From an uncultured Chloroflexia bacterium (GTDB lineage Bacteria; Chloroflexota; Limnocylindria; Limnocylindrales; CSP1-4), in NCBI GenBank assembly GCA_963819655.1, contig CAWFXA010000002.1, forward strand, positions 480,001 to 544,000: 64,000 nucleotides of DNA, written 5' to 3'. Shown in pieces: positions 1 to 9,100 of the stretch (its first letter is position 1; every line of letters starts with the position of its first letter). A model generated the notes under the pieces. The model was not told where the DNA came from, made no database searches, and saw nothing but the letters and a program-made list of their open reading frames with translations. Both the position numbers and the translations under genes were made by a program.

Positions 1-281
1 GGGAGCCGCTCGGCCCGTCGGGAGACGACGCCGCTGGACAGATCCGCCAAGCCCCGCCGACCGTCGCGGCCCACGAGAGCGAGCGCATCCAGATCGCGGT
101 CAGGAACACCTCCCAGCGTGTCGTCCGCGTATCCAGCCACTACCCGTTCGAGCGGGTGAATCGACGGCTCGAGTTCGATCGCGCCGCGGCCGCGGGGTGC
201 CGTCTCGACCTCGAGGCGGGATCCACCGAGCGCTGGGCTCCCGGAGAGACGCGGACCGTACGCCTGGTACGCGTCCGATGA
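1..281 (+). CDS. ureB: urease beta subunit-like domain, 5'-truncated by window edge (possibly gamma/beta fusion)
   Basis: Own translation ...RIQIAVRNTSQRVVRVSSHYPFERVNRRLEFDRAAAAGCRLDLEAGSTERWAPGETRTVRLVRVR* matches the urease beta pattern; TGA overlaps ATG of next gene (ATGA 278-281). Confidence 0.85.
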   Translation, partial: EPLGPSGDDAAGQIRQAPPTVAAHESERIQIAVRNTSQRVVRVSSHYPFERVNRRLEFDRAAAAGCRLDLEAGSTERWAPGETRTVRLVRVR

Positions 282-1942
282 CACGCCTCTCGCCGGACGA
301 GCGGCTGGCCCGCTACGGCCCCACGACCGACGATCGGGTCCGCCTCGGCGACACCGACTTGTGGGTGCGTGTGGCGGAAGACCGTCAAGCCCTCGGCGAC
401 GAGCCCATCTGGGGCTATGCCAAGACGATCCGGCCGAGGTCGGCCCAGGGCGGGGCGTCGCCGTCGGAGCTCGATACAGTCGTCGCCGGGGTGCTCGTCC
501 TCGATCCGGTCATCGGCGCGGTCAAGGCCGACATCGGGATCAAGGATGGGCGGATCGTCGGCGTCGGCCGGGCCGGCAACCCGGCCATCAGCGACGGCAT
601 CGATCTTGCGATCGGCCCGCACACCCAGCCCATCATGGGCTACGGCCTCATCGCGACGCCCGGCGCGATCGACAGCCACGTGCACCTCATCTCGCCCGAG
701 CTGTTGCCAGCCGCGCTCTCGGGCGGCGTCACGACGCTGATCACGGCCGGCTTCGAGGAGCCGCCGTGGGCGATGGCCCGGACGCTTGCCGCCGTCGCCG
801 ATTGGCCGCTCAACGTTGGCCTCCAGGCGTGCGCTCGCGCCGAGGACGACGGACCGCTCGACGCACTGCTCGAGGCTGGGGCGTGCGGCTTCAAGATCCA
901 CGAGGACTACGGCGCGTACCCGGAGCTCATCGACCACGTCCTCCGCTATGCCGACACGCGCGACGTCTCGGTCGCGCTCCACACCGATGGGCTGCACGAG
1001 AGCGCCGAGCTCGAGGACACGGTCGCGGCCATCGACGGGCGGACCGTGCACGCGTACCACGTCGAAGGCAGCGGTGGCGGCCACGTGCCCGATGTCATCG
1101 GCCTGGTCCGCGAGCCGAACGTCATCTGCTCATCGACCACGCCGACCGTCCCGTTCGGGGTGAATGCGGCCGCCGAGCAGGTCCCGATGATCGTCCTCAA
1201 TCACGGGGCGTCGTTCACGATCGAGGATGACCTCGCACTCGTTCGCGAGCGCGTCCACCCCGCGACGATGGCCGCCGAAGGGCCGCTCCACGAGCTCGGA
1301 GCGATCGCGATCGTCAATTCTGATTCGCAGGGGATGGGCCGGATGATGGAGACGGTCCGGCGGACGTTCCAGATGGCGCATGTCATGGGCTCGTGGTCGG
1401 GCAGCTCGCCTGCCGCGGACCCCTTCGATTCGACGGTGCGCGTCCTGCGCTACCTCGCGAAGGTCACCATCGAGCCGGCGATCACCCACGGCATCGCCGA
1501 CCACGTCGGATCGCTGAGGCGTGGCCGCCTCGCTGACATCGTCCTGTGGGAGCCGGCCTTCTTCGGCGTCAAACCGGCCCTCGTGCTGAAGGCCGGGGTG
1601 CCGGCGTGGGGCCCGCTCGGTGAGGGCAACGCCACGGTGGAAGGCGCCGAACCGACGCGTTACAGGCCCGACTGGGGTGGCCGGCCGAGGGCGGCCGCAT
1701 CGCTGTCGGCGACGTTCGTGTCGCGTGCCGCGACAGGGTCGCCCGAGCTGCGTCGCCACGGTCGGGAGCTCATCGCGGTCCGTGGGACACGTCGGCTGAC
1801 CCGCGACTCAATGGCACGGAACCGCAGCGTGGCCGCGGTCGAGGTGGACGTCGCGGACGGCCGCGTCACGCTCGACGGGCAGCCACTCGCGATCGACCCG
1901 GTCGCGGAGGTGCCGCTCAGCCGCCGTTACCTGCTGCGCTGA
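278..1942 (+). CDS. ureC: urease alpha subunit-like metallo-amidohydrolase (divergent)
   Basis: YGPTTDDRVRLGDT N-terminus; metal ligands IDSHVH, GFKIHEDYG, HTDGLHES, HAYHVEGSGGGH, NSDSQGMGR; C-terminal PLSRRYLL; start placed at ATG 278. Confidence 0.9.
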   Translation: MTRLSPDERLARYGPTTDDRVRLGDTDLWVRVAEDRQALGDEPIWGYAKTIRPRSAQGGASPSELDTVVAGVLVLDPVIGAVKADIGIKDGRIVGVGRAGNPAISDGIDLAIGPHTQPIMGYGLIATPGAIDSHVHLISPELLPAALSGGVTTLITAGFEEPPWAMARTLAAVADWPLNVGLQACARAEDDGPLDALLEAGACGFKIHEDYGAYPELIDHVLRYADTRDVSVALHTDGLHESAELEDTVAAIDGRTVHAYHVEGSGGGHVPDVIGLVREPNVICSSTTPTVPFGVNAAAEQVPMIVLNHGASFTIEDDLALVRERVHPATMAAEGPLHELGAIAIVNSDSQGMGRMMETVRRTFQMAHVMGSWSGSSPAADPFDSTVRVLRYLAKVTIEPAITHGIADHVGSLRRGRLADIVLWEPAFFGVKPALVLKAGVPAWGPLGEGNATVEGAEPTRYRPDWGGRPRAAASLSATFVSRAATGSPELRRHGRELIAVRGTRRLTRDSMARNRSVAAVEVDVADGRVTLDGQPLAIDPVAEVPLSRRYLLR

Positions 1943-2015
1943 GGAGTCGGTGTCGCACTGGATCGCGTGCGCCGCAGCGACACCGACGCGGATGAGCGCC
2001 CGCGTCGAACGGGAC

Positions 2016-2477
2016 TTAGCGTCCTCGCTGGACGTCGGCCAGCTCGCGCGCGATATCGCGCTTCGCGTCGCGGTCGGCGATGTCGCGCCGGCGGTCGTGG
2101 AGCTGTTTGCCACGCGCCAGCCCGAGCTCGATCTTGGCCTTGCCGCGGCTGAGGTAGAGCCGGAGAGGGACGATCGTCTGGCCCTTCTGCTGGGCGCGCC
2201 CAAGCAGCTCGTCGATCTCGCGCCGGTGGAGCAGCAGCTTGCGGTTCCGCTTCGGGTCGTGGTTATACCGATTGCCCTGCTCGAAGGGTGCGATGTCGGC
2301 GCCGATCAGCCATGCCTCACCCTTCTCGATGCGCGCGTAAGCATTGGCGATGTTCACCTTGCCGGCGCGGACCGACTTGATCTCGGTGCCGGTCAGGACG
2401 AGACCGGCCTCGAAGGTCTCGTCGATCGTGAATTCGTGGCGGGCTTTTCGGTTGAGGGCGATGGTCTGGTCGGACAT
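2016..2477 (-). CDS. smpB: SsrA-binding protein SmpB
   Basis: NRKARHEF...EAGLVLTGTEIKSVR, RKLLLHRREI, GKQLHDRR motifs. Confidence 0.98.
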   Translation of the reverse strand: MSDQTIALNRKARHEFTIDETFEAGLVLTGTEIKSVRAGKVNIANAYARIEKGEAWLIGADIAPFEQGNRYNHDPKRNRKLLLHRREIDELLGRAQQKGQTIVPLRLYLSRGKAKIELGLARGKQLHDRRRDIADRDAKRDIARELADVQRGR

Positions 2478-2513
2478 GAGAGCGCCTCGTGGCGTGCCTG
2501 TGCTGGATTCGCA

Positions 2514-2544
2514 CGAACGCCGGTCCTATGCGGACCGGCGTTCG
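2514..2544 (-). terminator. perfect 13-bp hairpin, putative terminator/attenuator of the mini-gene transcript
   Basis: cgaacgccggtcc-tatgc-ggaccggcgttcg; only a weak U-tract follows on the minus strand. Confidence 0.6.
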
Positions 2545-2572
2545 AGTTGCTTACCACCCACAGGGTGTCCGA

Positions 2573-2623
2573 CTAGACGGCCATCTCCTGCGAGGTGGTG
2601 CAGCTACGCGTACTGTCGATCAC
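2573..2623 (-). CDS. putative 16-aa peptide MIDSTRSCTTSQEMAV
   Basis: GTG start 5 nt after AAAGGAGGTGAT (2629-2640); TAG stop; own promoter and downstream hairpin. Confidence 0.55.
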   Translation of the reverse strand: MIDSTRSCTTSQEMAV

Positions 2624-2651
2624 TGCACATCACCTCCTTTCGTTCCGCGAA

Positions 2652-2680
2652 ACCGTACCCGAAGGCCAGCGTGAGCGCAA
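2652..2680 (-). promoter_or_regulatory. sigma70-like promoter for the mini-gene/smpB
   Basis: TTGCGC-17 nt-TACGGT on minus strand. Confidence 0.5.
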
Positions 2681-2687
2681 GGAGCCG

Positions 2688-4017
2688 TCAGCGGCGTCCG
2701 CCGGCCGGTATGACCGCACCTGCGCCGAGGACGTCGAGCGCCCTCTCGAGCACCGGATCGTGGCTCGGGACGCCGACGGCCGGGAGCTCGACCGCCACGT
2801 CGGGCTCGATGCCGACATCGTGGATCCAGCGCTTTGTCGGGGTCAGCCAACGGGCGATCGTGAGGCGGAACGCGCCGCCCTCGCCGGCCAGTTCCTGCCA
2901 CTGCTGGACCGTGCCCTTGCCGAACGAGCGCTGCCCGACGAGCGTCGCCCGGCCGCTGTCCTGGAGGGCCGCGGCGACGATCTCGCTGGCCGACGCGCTG
3001 CCACGATCGATGAGACACACGACCTCGATGGCGGGATCCGTGGCGGCCCCGCCCGGGATGGCGTCGGTGGCGGTCTGCCCGCCCTTTGCATCCTGCTCCC
3101 AGAAGATCGGGCCCGAGCCGATGAACTGGCTCGCGATCATGCGAGCGGCGGTGACGTAGCCGCCCGGGTTCCCGCGCAGATCGAGGATGAGCTTGGTGCG
3201 CCCGGCATCCACGTGAGCGCGCACGACCTGGGCCAGGTCCTCGGCGGAGTGATCGGAGAAGCCCTCGAGCCGGATGTAACCGACAGCGCCTTCCACGAGC
3301 TCCTTGGATTCGACCTCGCGCTCCTGGATGACGTCTCGCACGATGCGCAGGACGAACGGCACATCTTTGCCGCGCTGGATCCGCAGCTCGACCGTCGTGT
3401 CCTTGGGTCCGCGCATCCGTTCGCGCGCTACGTCGACGGTCAGGCCATCGAGCGCCACCCCGTCGGTGGCGAGGACGAGGTCGCCGGGCTTCAGGCCGGC
3501 CTTCTCGGCCGGCGACCCACCGATCGGGGCGACGATGACCAGCCGACACACTGGGCCCGAGCGTCGCGCAGCCCTGGGTCCCATCGGCGGCCTGCGTGGC
3601 GATCTCCGCGCCGATGCCCTCGAACTGCCCGCTGATCCCCTGCAGGTTCGAGCGGTACTGATCCGACGTCAGGTACGAGGAGTAGGGGTCCTCCAGGGAG
3701 TCGATCATCCCGCGGATGGCGCCCTGGACGACCACGTCGCGATCGACCTCACCGCCGGCGTACCGGTCCTGGATCGTGTGGTAGGTGTCCCAGAACGGCC
3801 GGAACGCCGTCCCGTCGGTGGCCGGGGTGCCCGGTTCGACCGCGCTCTGGCGGCCCATCGAGTAGCCGCTCACGAACAGCGCGCTGCCGGACAGCAGCGC
3901 GACGACGGTCACCGCGACCGACAGGATCGGGACCCGCCGGGATGGCTTCAGGACGGGATCGACCGGCGCGACGGACACCGCCTGCCGATCCTGCTGATCG
4001 AACTCACCTGAGTGCAT
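2688..4017 (-). CDS. ctpA: S41 family carboxyl-terminal processing protease (PDZ), apparent 1-nt frameshift near 3550
   Basis: N-part GMIDSLEDPYSSYL...FEGIGAEI in one frame; PDZ, LILDLRGNPGG, SASASEI, SFGKGTVQ in another. Confidence 0.88.
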
Positions 4018-4155
4018 GGCGGTATCCGGTTCCCCTCGAATCGAGCTATGACGGCGCCGCGTGACGGGCGCGACTGGGAACCAGAATGTACATCGACTAC
4101 CGATCGCGGGCCCCGGGTCGAAGGTACGGCCGACGGGGGCGACCCCCGCGGGTGC

Positions 4156-5046
4156 CTAGCGGATCAGGTAGGTCCGGACCGACACCCAGGAGCCGAGGAT
4201 GCCGAGACCGACGCCGGCGCCCATCACCAGCGTCACGAGGTCCCGCGTCAGCGAGCCGATCTGGAGCGGCAGGACGCGGAAGAACTCGACCAGGAAGCCG
4301 TTCAGCGGCTCGGCGGCGCCGGCCAGGATCGCCAGCGTCACGGCGGCCCCCAGGAAGCCGACGAAGGCCCCTTCGAAGACGAACGGCCAGCGGATGAACG
4401 CATCCGACGCGCCGACCAGCCGCATGATCTCGATCTCCTCGGCCCGGGCGACGACCGCCAGGCGGATCGCGTTCACGATGATGAACAGCACGATCAGCCC
4501 GACGGCCACCAGTAGGACGGTGCCGGCGGTGCGCAGGATGTTGGTCACGGTCAGCAGCCGGTCGACCAGGTCCTCGATGTTGATGACGTTGCGGACGATC
4601 GGATGCTCGCTCGGATCGAGGGCGTCGCCGACGACCTTGAGGGCGGACGGGTCGGTCAGTTTGACCTCGAGGCTCGCGTACAGCGGGTTGCTGTCCAGTT
4701 GAACGGTGAGGTCGGTTCGGCCCTGCGCCTCCATCGATTCCCGGAACCGCTCGAGCGCCTTGTCGCGGGTGACGACCTCGACCGATTCGACGTCGGGTCG
4801 CTGCTCGATCTCGGCCGCGAGCGCGTTGATCTGCGACTCCGTCGCGTTCTGGTGCAGGTAGGCGACCACCTCCACCTTCTGCTCGGTGAACTCGAGACCG
4901 GCCAGCAAGCCGGTCTGGATGATCCAGAAGCCGGCGAGCAGCAGCAGCATGAGGACCATCGTCGCGGTGGCGGCCAGGCTCATGAGCGCGTTGCGCCAGA
5001 AGCCCTCCCACGCGCGTTTCAGGCTGAAGAAGAGGAAGGCCAGCAC
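4156..5046 (-). CDS. ftsX: cell division permease FtsX
   Basis: NAIRLAVVARAEEIEIMRLVGASDAFIRWPF motif, TM helices, downstream of ftsE. Confidence 0.95.
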   Translation of the reverse strand: MLAFLFFSLKRAWEGFWRNALMSLAATATMVLMLLLLAGFWIIQTGLLAGLEFTEQKVEVVAYLHQNATESQINALAAEIEQRPDVESVEVVTRDKALERFRESMEAQGRTDLTVQLDSNPLYASLEVKLTDPSALKVVGDALDPSEHPIVRNVINIEDLVDRLLTVTNILRTAGTVLLVAVGLIVLFIIVNAIRLAVVARAEEIEIMRLVGASDAFIRWPFVFEGAFVGFLGAAVTLAILAGAAEPLNGFLVEFFRVLPLQIGSLTRDLVTLVMGAGVGLGILGSWVSVRTYLIR

Positions 5047-5052
5047 GCTCGG

Positions 5053-5874
5053 TCAGTCCTCGCGGTGGTAGGCGCCACCGACCTCGTCGCGGATGACGCG
5101 ACCCTCCTCGAGCGCGACGACGCGCTTGCGCAGGGCCGTGACGACCTCGGCGTTGTGGGTCGCCATGAGCACAGTGACGCCGAGCTCGTTGATGCGCAGA
5201 AGCAGCTGCAGGATCTCCCAGCTGATCAGCGGGTCGAGGTTGCCGGTGGGCTCGTCGGCGATGATCAGGCGCGGGTCGTGGACGAGGGCCCGCGCGATCG
5301 CCGTCCGCTGCTGCTCGCCACCTGACAACTGAGCAGGGGTCTGCTTCGACTGGGCGGTGAGACCGACGATCGCCAGCACGCGGTCGACTGCCGGTCGGAT
5401 CAGCCGCCGCGGATGGCCGGTGACTTCGAGCGCGAACGCGACGTTCTCCCAGACCGTCTTGGTCGGCAGCAGCTTGAAGTCCTGGAAGATGATGCCGATC
5501 TTGCGGCGCATGCGCGGCACCTGCCGGCGCGGGAGGCGCGCCAGGTCCTGGCCGTCGAGGACGACCTCACCGCGACTCGCGACCTCGTCGCGGATGAGCA
5601 GCTTGATGAGCGTCGACTTGCCGGCACCGGACGGTCCGACGAGGAAGACGAAATCGCCTTCGGGGATGACGAGATCGACGTCGCGCAGGGCGATCTTCCC
5701 GTTCGGGTACTGCTTCGTGACGTCGTGCAGCACGAGGACCGCGCGATCCGGGGCGGCCTGATCACGGCCGCGATCCAGGAACCGACGACGGAGCGAGCGC
5801 GCCGCCGATGGCGCTGGGGCGATGGTCACGGGCGACTCCGCGGGCGAGAGCGGGTGGCGATCGACTGTCGCCAC
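5053..5874 (-). CDS. ftsE: cell division ATP-binding protein FtsE (start uncertain)
   Basis: GPSGAGKST Walker A, FQDFKLL, LSGGEQQR, ADEPTGNLDP. Confidence 0.93.
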   Translation of the reverse strand: MATVDRHPLSPAESPVTIAPAPSAARSLRRRFLDRGRDQAAPDRAVLVLHDVTKQYPNGKIALRDVDLVIPEGDFVFLVGPSGAGKSTLIKLLIRDEVASRGEVVLDGQDLARLPRRQVPRMRRKIGIIFQDFKLLPTKTVWENVAFALEVTGHPRRLIRPAVDRVLAIVGLTAQSKQTPAQLSGGEQQRTAIARALVHDPRLIIADEPTGNLDPLISWEILQLLLRINELGVTVLMATHNAEVVTALRKRVVALEEGRVIRDEVGGAYHRED

Positions 5875-6013
5875 CGGGATTGCTTCGGTTCGACCCCGTC
5901 CGCGGGCACTGCAGCGGGAACCACGTCGGCCCCGAGGCTATCACCGCCCCTTCGGGCGGGCAAACGTACGGGCGGCCTACCGGGACCCGGACGATGGTCC
6001 GGTCCGGTCGGGT

Positions 6014-6982
6014 CTAGAGGAGTCCGGGAGAGATCGGCACATAGCGCGACAGGTCGACGAACGGCCGGTCCCAGCACAGCAGGACAGGGAACGGCCCGAG
6101 GCGGAATCCCGCCTGCAGAGCGCCGATCACGGCCCGATCCGCGGTCCCGGGCAGCCACACCGCGAAGGCTCCGCGCGGCGTCACCTCGGTCGTGAGATGG
6201 CCGAGGATCGGGGCGAGCAGGTCGGGATCGCGGCTCGCGACAGGACCGACGCGGCCCGCCTCGGTCGCGTAGCCGTACGCCAGCGGCGTGCCATCCGGTC
6301 CGGCGTAGAGCCAGCCACGTCGGTTCTCCTGGCGCAGATAGCCGTGGTCGATGGGATGGCTGACGCCGAGGGTCTCGCGATCGAGCGCGTCGACGACCGT
6401 CACGAGCTCGTCGTGCCCATCGGCCGCCACGCGCTCGAACGACGTGGCGCGGATGCCCGCCGGCAGCGGGCCGAAGGCGTCCGGGCGCGCCGGCAGGCCG
6501 ATCAGGTCGAGCAAGGGGACGCGGGGCAAGATCCCGAGGGACGCATACAGGGCGTTGCTGATGGGCTGGGCGCTGTCCGTGCCGGTCGCCCGGACCGTGG
6601 CGGCGTCCGCGGGCGGCGCGATCCGCGCGAGGAGGGTCCGGCCGACGCCGCTGCCCTGGGCCTCGGGCAGCACGAAGCACATCGACAGGAACCATAGCCG
6701 CTCGCGGACGACGGCCGCGGCGAACGCCACGATCCGCTCGCCTCCTTGCGCCTCTGGGTCCGGTCGGGTGGCGACGACGAACCGCTCGGGATCGGTCGAC
6801 TGGAGGTGGGCATAGAGGCGGACGAGTGGCGCATTCTCGGCCTGCATGTCCGGTTGGTTCAGCCGGCCGATGTAGTCGTTGATCGACACGCGCCATACGT
6901 CGGCGCACGCATCGAGCTCGTCAGGGCGGACAGGCCGATACGAGAGCGCGCCCCGGACCGCGGGCTCAGGGCGCACGGTCAC
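6014..6982 (-). CDS. GNAT family N-acetyltransferase
   Basis: FVLPEAQGSGVGRTLL acetyl-CoA motif; GTG start overlaps prfB stop (GTGA). Confidence 0.85.
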   Translation of the reverse strand: MTVRPEPAVRGALSYRPVRPDELDACADVWRVSINDYIGRLNQPDMQAENAPLVRLYAHLQSTDPERFVVATRPDPEAQGGERIVAFAAAVVRERLWFLSMCFVLPEAQGSGVGRTLLARIAPPADAATVRATGTDSAQPISNALYASLGILPRVPLLDLIGLPARPDAFGPLPAGIRATSFERVAADGHDELVTVVDALDRETLGVSHPIDHGYLRQENRRGWLYAGPDGTPLAYGYATEAGRVGPVASRDPDLLAPILGHLTTEVTPRGAFAVWLPGTADRAVIGALQAGFRLGPFPVLLCWDRPFVDLSRYVPISPGLL

Positions 6983-8110
6983 GCAGCGTCGCCCTCCGGG
7001 TCGCTGACGCGCCACTCCCCGCCGGTCGCGAGGCGCTCGAGCTCGGCCTGCATGAACGCGTCAAGGTCGCCGTCGAGGACCGCCGTGGTGTTGCCGGTCT
7101 CATGGCCCGTGCGCAGGTCCTTGACCATCTGGTACGGGTGCAGGACGTAGCTCCGGATCTGGTTGCCCCAGCCGGCTTCGACGTGCTCACCCTTCAGGGC
7201 GCGAAGCTCCGCCTCCTTCTCCTCGAGGGCACGCTCGAGCAGGCGTGACTTGAGGACCTTGATCGCGTTCTCCTTGTTCTGGGTCTGCGATCGCTCGTTC
7301 TGGCTCTGGACGACGATCCCTGTCGGATTGTGCGTGAGGCGCACCGCCGAATCGGTCTTGTTGACGTGCTGGCCGCCGGCGCCCTGGGCGCGATACGTGT
7401 CGACCCGGATCTCGTCCCAATCGAGCTCGATCTCGACGTCGTCGTCGGCTTCCGGAAGGACCTCGACCAAGGCGAATGTGGTCTGGCGTCGGTTCTGTGA
7501 GTCGAACGGGCTGATGCGAACGAGTCGATGGACTCCGCGCTCGGCGCGCAGCCAGCCATACGCGCGCCGGCCGTCGACCTCCACGGTCACGCTCTTGAGC
7601 CCGGCCTGCTCGCCCTCCTGCTGGTCGATGATCTCGGTCTTGAAGCGGTGGCTGGCGGCCCAGCGCAGGTACATCCGCAGCAGCATCTCGGCCCAGTCGG
7701 TCGCCTCCGTGCCACCGGCGCCGGCGCTGATCGACAGGATCGCCGAGCGCTCGTCGTGTTCGCCGGAGAACAGGAGCGCGGTCCGCTCTCGTGCGAAATC
7801 CTTCTCGAGCGCGGCGGCATCCCGTTCGAGCTCGGCCTCGAGCTCGGCGTCGGCGCTCTCGTTGAGCAGCTCGAGGGCCGCCTCGAGGTCGTCGGCGCGG
7901 GCCAGCAGCCCATGCCACATCTCGATCTCGGAGCGGAGGCCGTCGGCCTCCCGGAGGACCCTCTGGGCGCCGCGCTGGTCGTCCCAGAACCCGGGTTCCG
8001 TCGTCAGCGCATCCAGCTCTGCGACGCGTTGTTGCTTGGCGTCGAGGTCAAAGACGCCCCGACGTCGACCGGATCCGTTCGGCCAGGCCGCGGATGGCGG
8101 ACGCGTCCAC
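6979..8110 (-). CDS. prfB: peptide chain release factor 2 with programmed +1 frameshift
   Basis: SPF and GGQ motifs; 20-codon first frame from GTG 8110 ends ...GGG CGT CTT TGA C, continuing +1 as DLDAKQQRVAELDALTTEPGFWDD. Confidence 0.97.
8047..8062 (-). promoter_or_regulatory. prfB autoregulatory frameshift site
   Basis: TCGGGGCGT CTT TGA C: internal SD-like G-run plus canonical CTTTGAC slippery site. Confidence 0.93.
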
Positions 8111-8335
8111 CTAGTTCCGGCCCTGGAGATCCTGGAGCAGGATCGGGCGCAGCTCGATGAGCCGCAGCGCCGTCTTGCTTCTGGCGACGACGGGGTTCAC
8201 GCAGGGGCAATAGCCGTTGTGCGGACAGACGCCACAATTGCCGTCACAGTCCAGAGCAGCCGCGTAGCTGCAGGTCCGGCAATCGCGTTCGCACGCGATG
8301 AGATCGACGAACGCGGCATCCTCGGCCTGCTTCAA
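8111..8335 (-). CDS. 74-aa Cys-rich hypothetical protein
   Basis: TTG start after GGAGGGAG; MKQAEDAAFVDLIACERDCRTCSYAAALDCDGNCGVCPHNGYCPCVNP...; stop abuts prfB start. Confidence 0.72.
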   Translation of the reverse strand: MKQAEDAAFVDLIACERDCRTCSYAAALDCDGNCGVCPHNGYCPCVNPVVARSKTALRLIELRPILLQDLQGRN

Positions 8336-8419
8336 TGGACTCCCTCCAATTGCGACGCTGGGCACAGGCGGCGGGGCTGGGAGACCTGCCGGGGGACACG
8401 GGCGGTCCCGGGATCGGCC

Positions 8420-8457
8420 GGTTGGCCCAGTATAGGCGGCCAACCCTTCAGCGCCAA
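8420..8457 (-). promoter_or_regulatory. sigma70-like promoter with inverted repeat straddling the -10 box
   Basis: TTGGCG-17 nt-TATACT; GGTTGGCC-N10-GGCCAACC at 8420-8445. Confidence 0.6.
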
Positions 8458-8491
8458 GAGGGTACTTTCGAAGCGCTCGCTTCAGTGGCCT

Positions 8492-9085
8492 CTACGGCGA
8501 TCCGCCGGTCACGAAGTAGATCGCCAACGCCCCGAGCTCGTGGACGATCGCGTCGACGCGCCGGAGGGCGTCGTGTTCCAGCGGGCTCGTGCGCGTCGGC
8601 GACCCATAAGCCGTGATCCCCTCGTCGGATGCCATCCGCAGCACGCGCAGCATGTGGCTCGGGTCGGATACGAACACCGCGGTCTCGAGTTCGCGGTCCG
8701 CCATGACCGCGGCGACCTGGCGGATCGACTGGAGGGTCGTCCGGCTCTGGTCCTCGGACAGGATCGAGGCTTCCGGGACGTCGGCCTGGATCGCGTAGGC
8801 CCGGGCCGCCGCCGCCTCGGTCGTGCGGTCGCCCTCGGCCTTGCCGCCGGTCACGATCAGCCACGGCGCGAGGCCATCGTGGAAGAGCTCGATCGCGTGA
8901 TCGAGCCGCGCCTTGAAGATCGGTGACGGGCGGCCGTCGTACTGGGCGGCGCCCATCACGATGATCGCGTCGGCGGTCGGCCGCTCGTCGCGGTTGCCCT
9001 GGTCCCAGATCCGGTACGCCGCGTAGCCCATGAGCGCCGCCACGGCGATGAGACCCGCGAGGATCAGTCGAGCGAGGGCGCGCAC
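8492..9085 (-). CDS. YdcF/ElyC/SanA (DUF218) family protein
   Basis: N-terminal TM, DAIIVMGAA, ARLDHAIEL, VTGG, EDQSRTT, VSDPSHMLR. Confidence 0.9.
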   Translation of the reverse strand: MRALARLILAGLIAVAALMGYAAYRIWDQGNRDERPTADAIIVMGAAQYDGRPSPIFKARLDHAIELFHDGLAPWLIVTGGKAEGDRTTEAAAARAYAIQADVPEASILSEDQSRTTLQSIRQVAAVMADRELETAVFVSDPSHMLRVLRMASDEGITAYGSPTRTSPLEHDALRRVDAIVHELGALAIYFVTGGSP

Positions 9086-9100
9086 CGTTGCCTCAGCCGC

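Noticed and set aside
2629-2640. ATCACCTCCTTT as a 16S rRNA 3' end or rRNA fragment
   Set aside because: Flanks have no rRNA similarity; better explained as a minus-strand SD
1943-2687. tmRNA (ssrA) next to smpB
   Set aside because: No GGGG..TTCGAC 5' end or T-arm/CCA 3' end, and too little space
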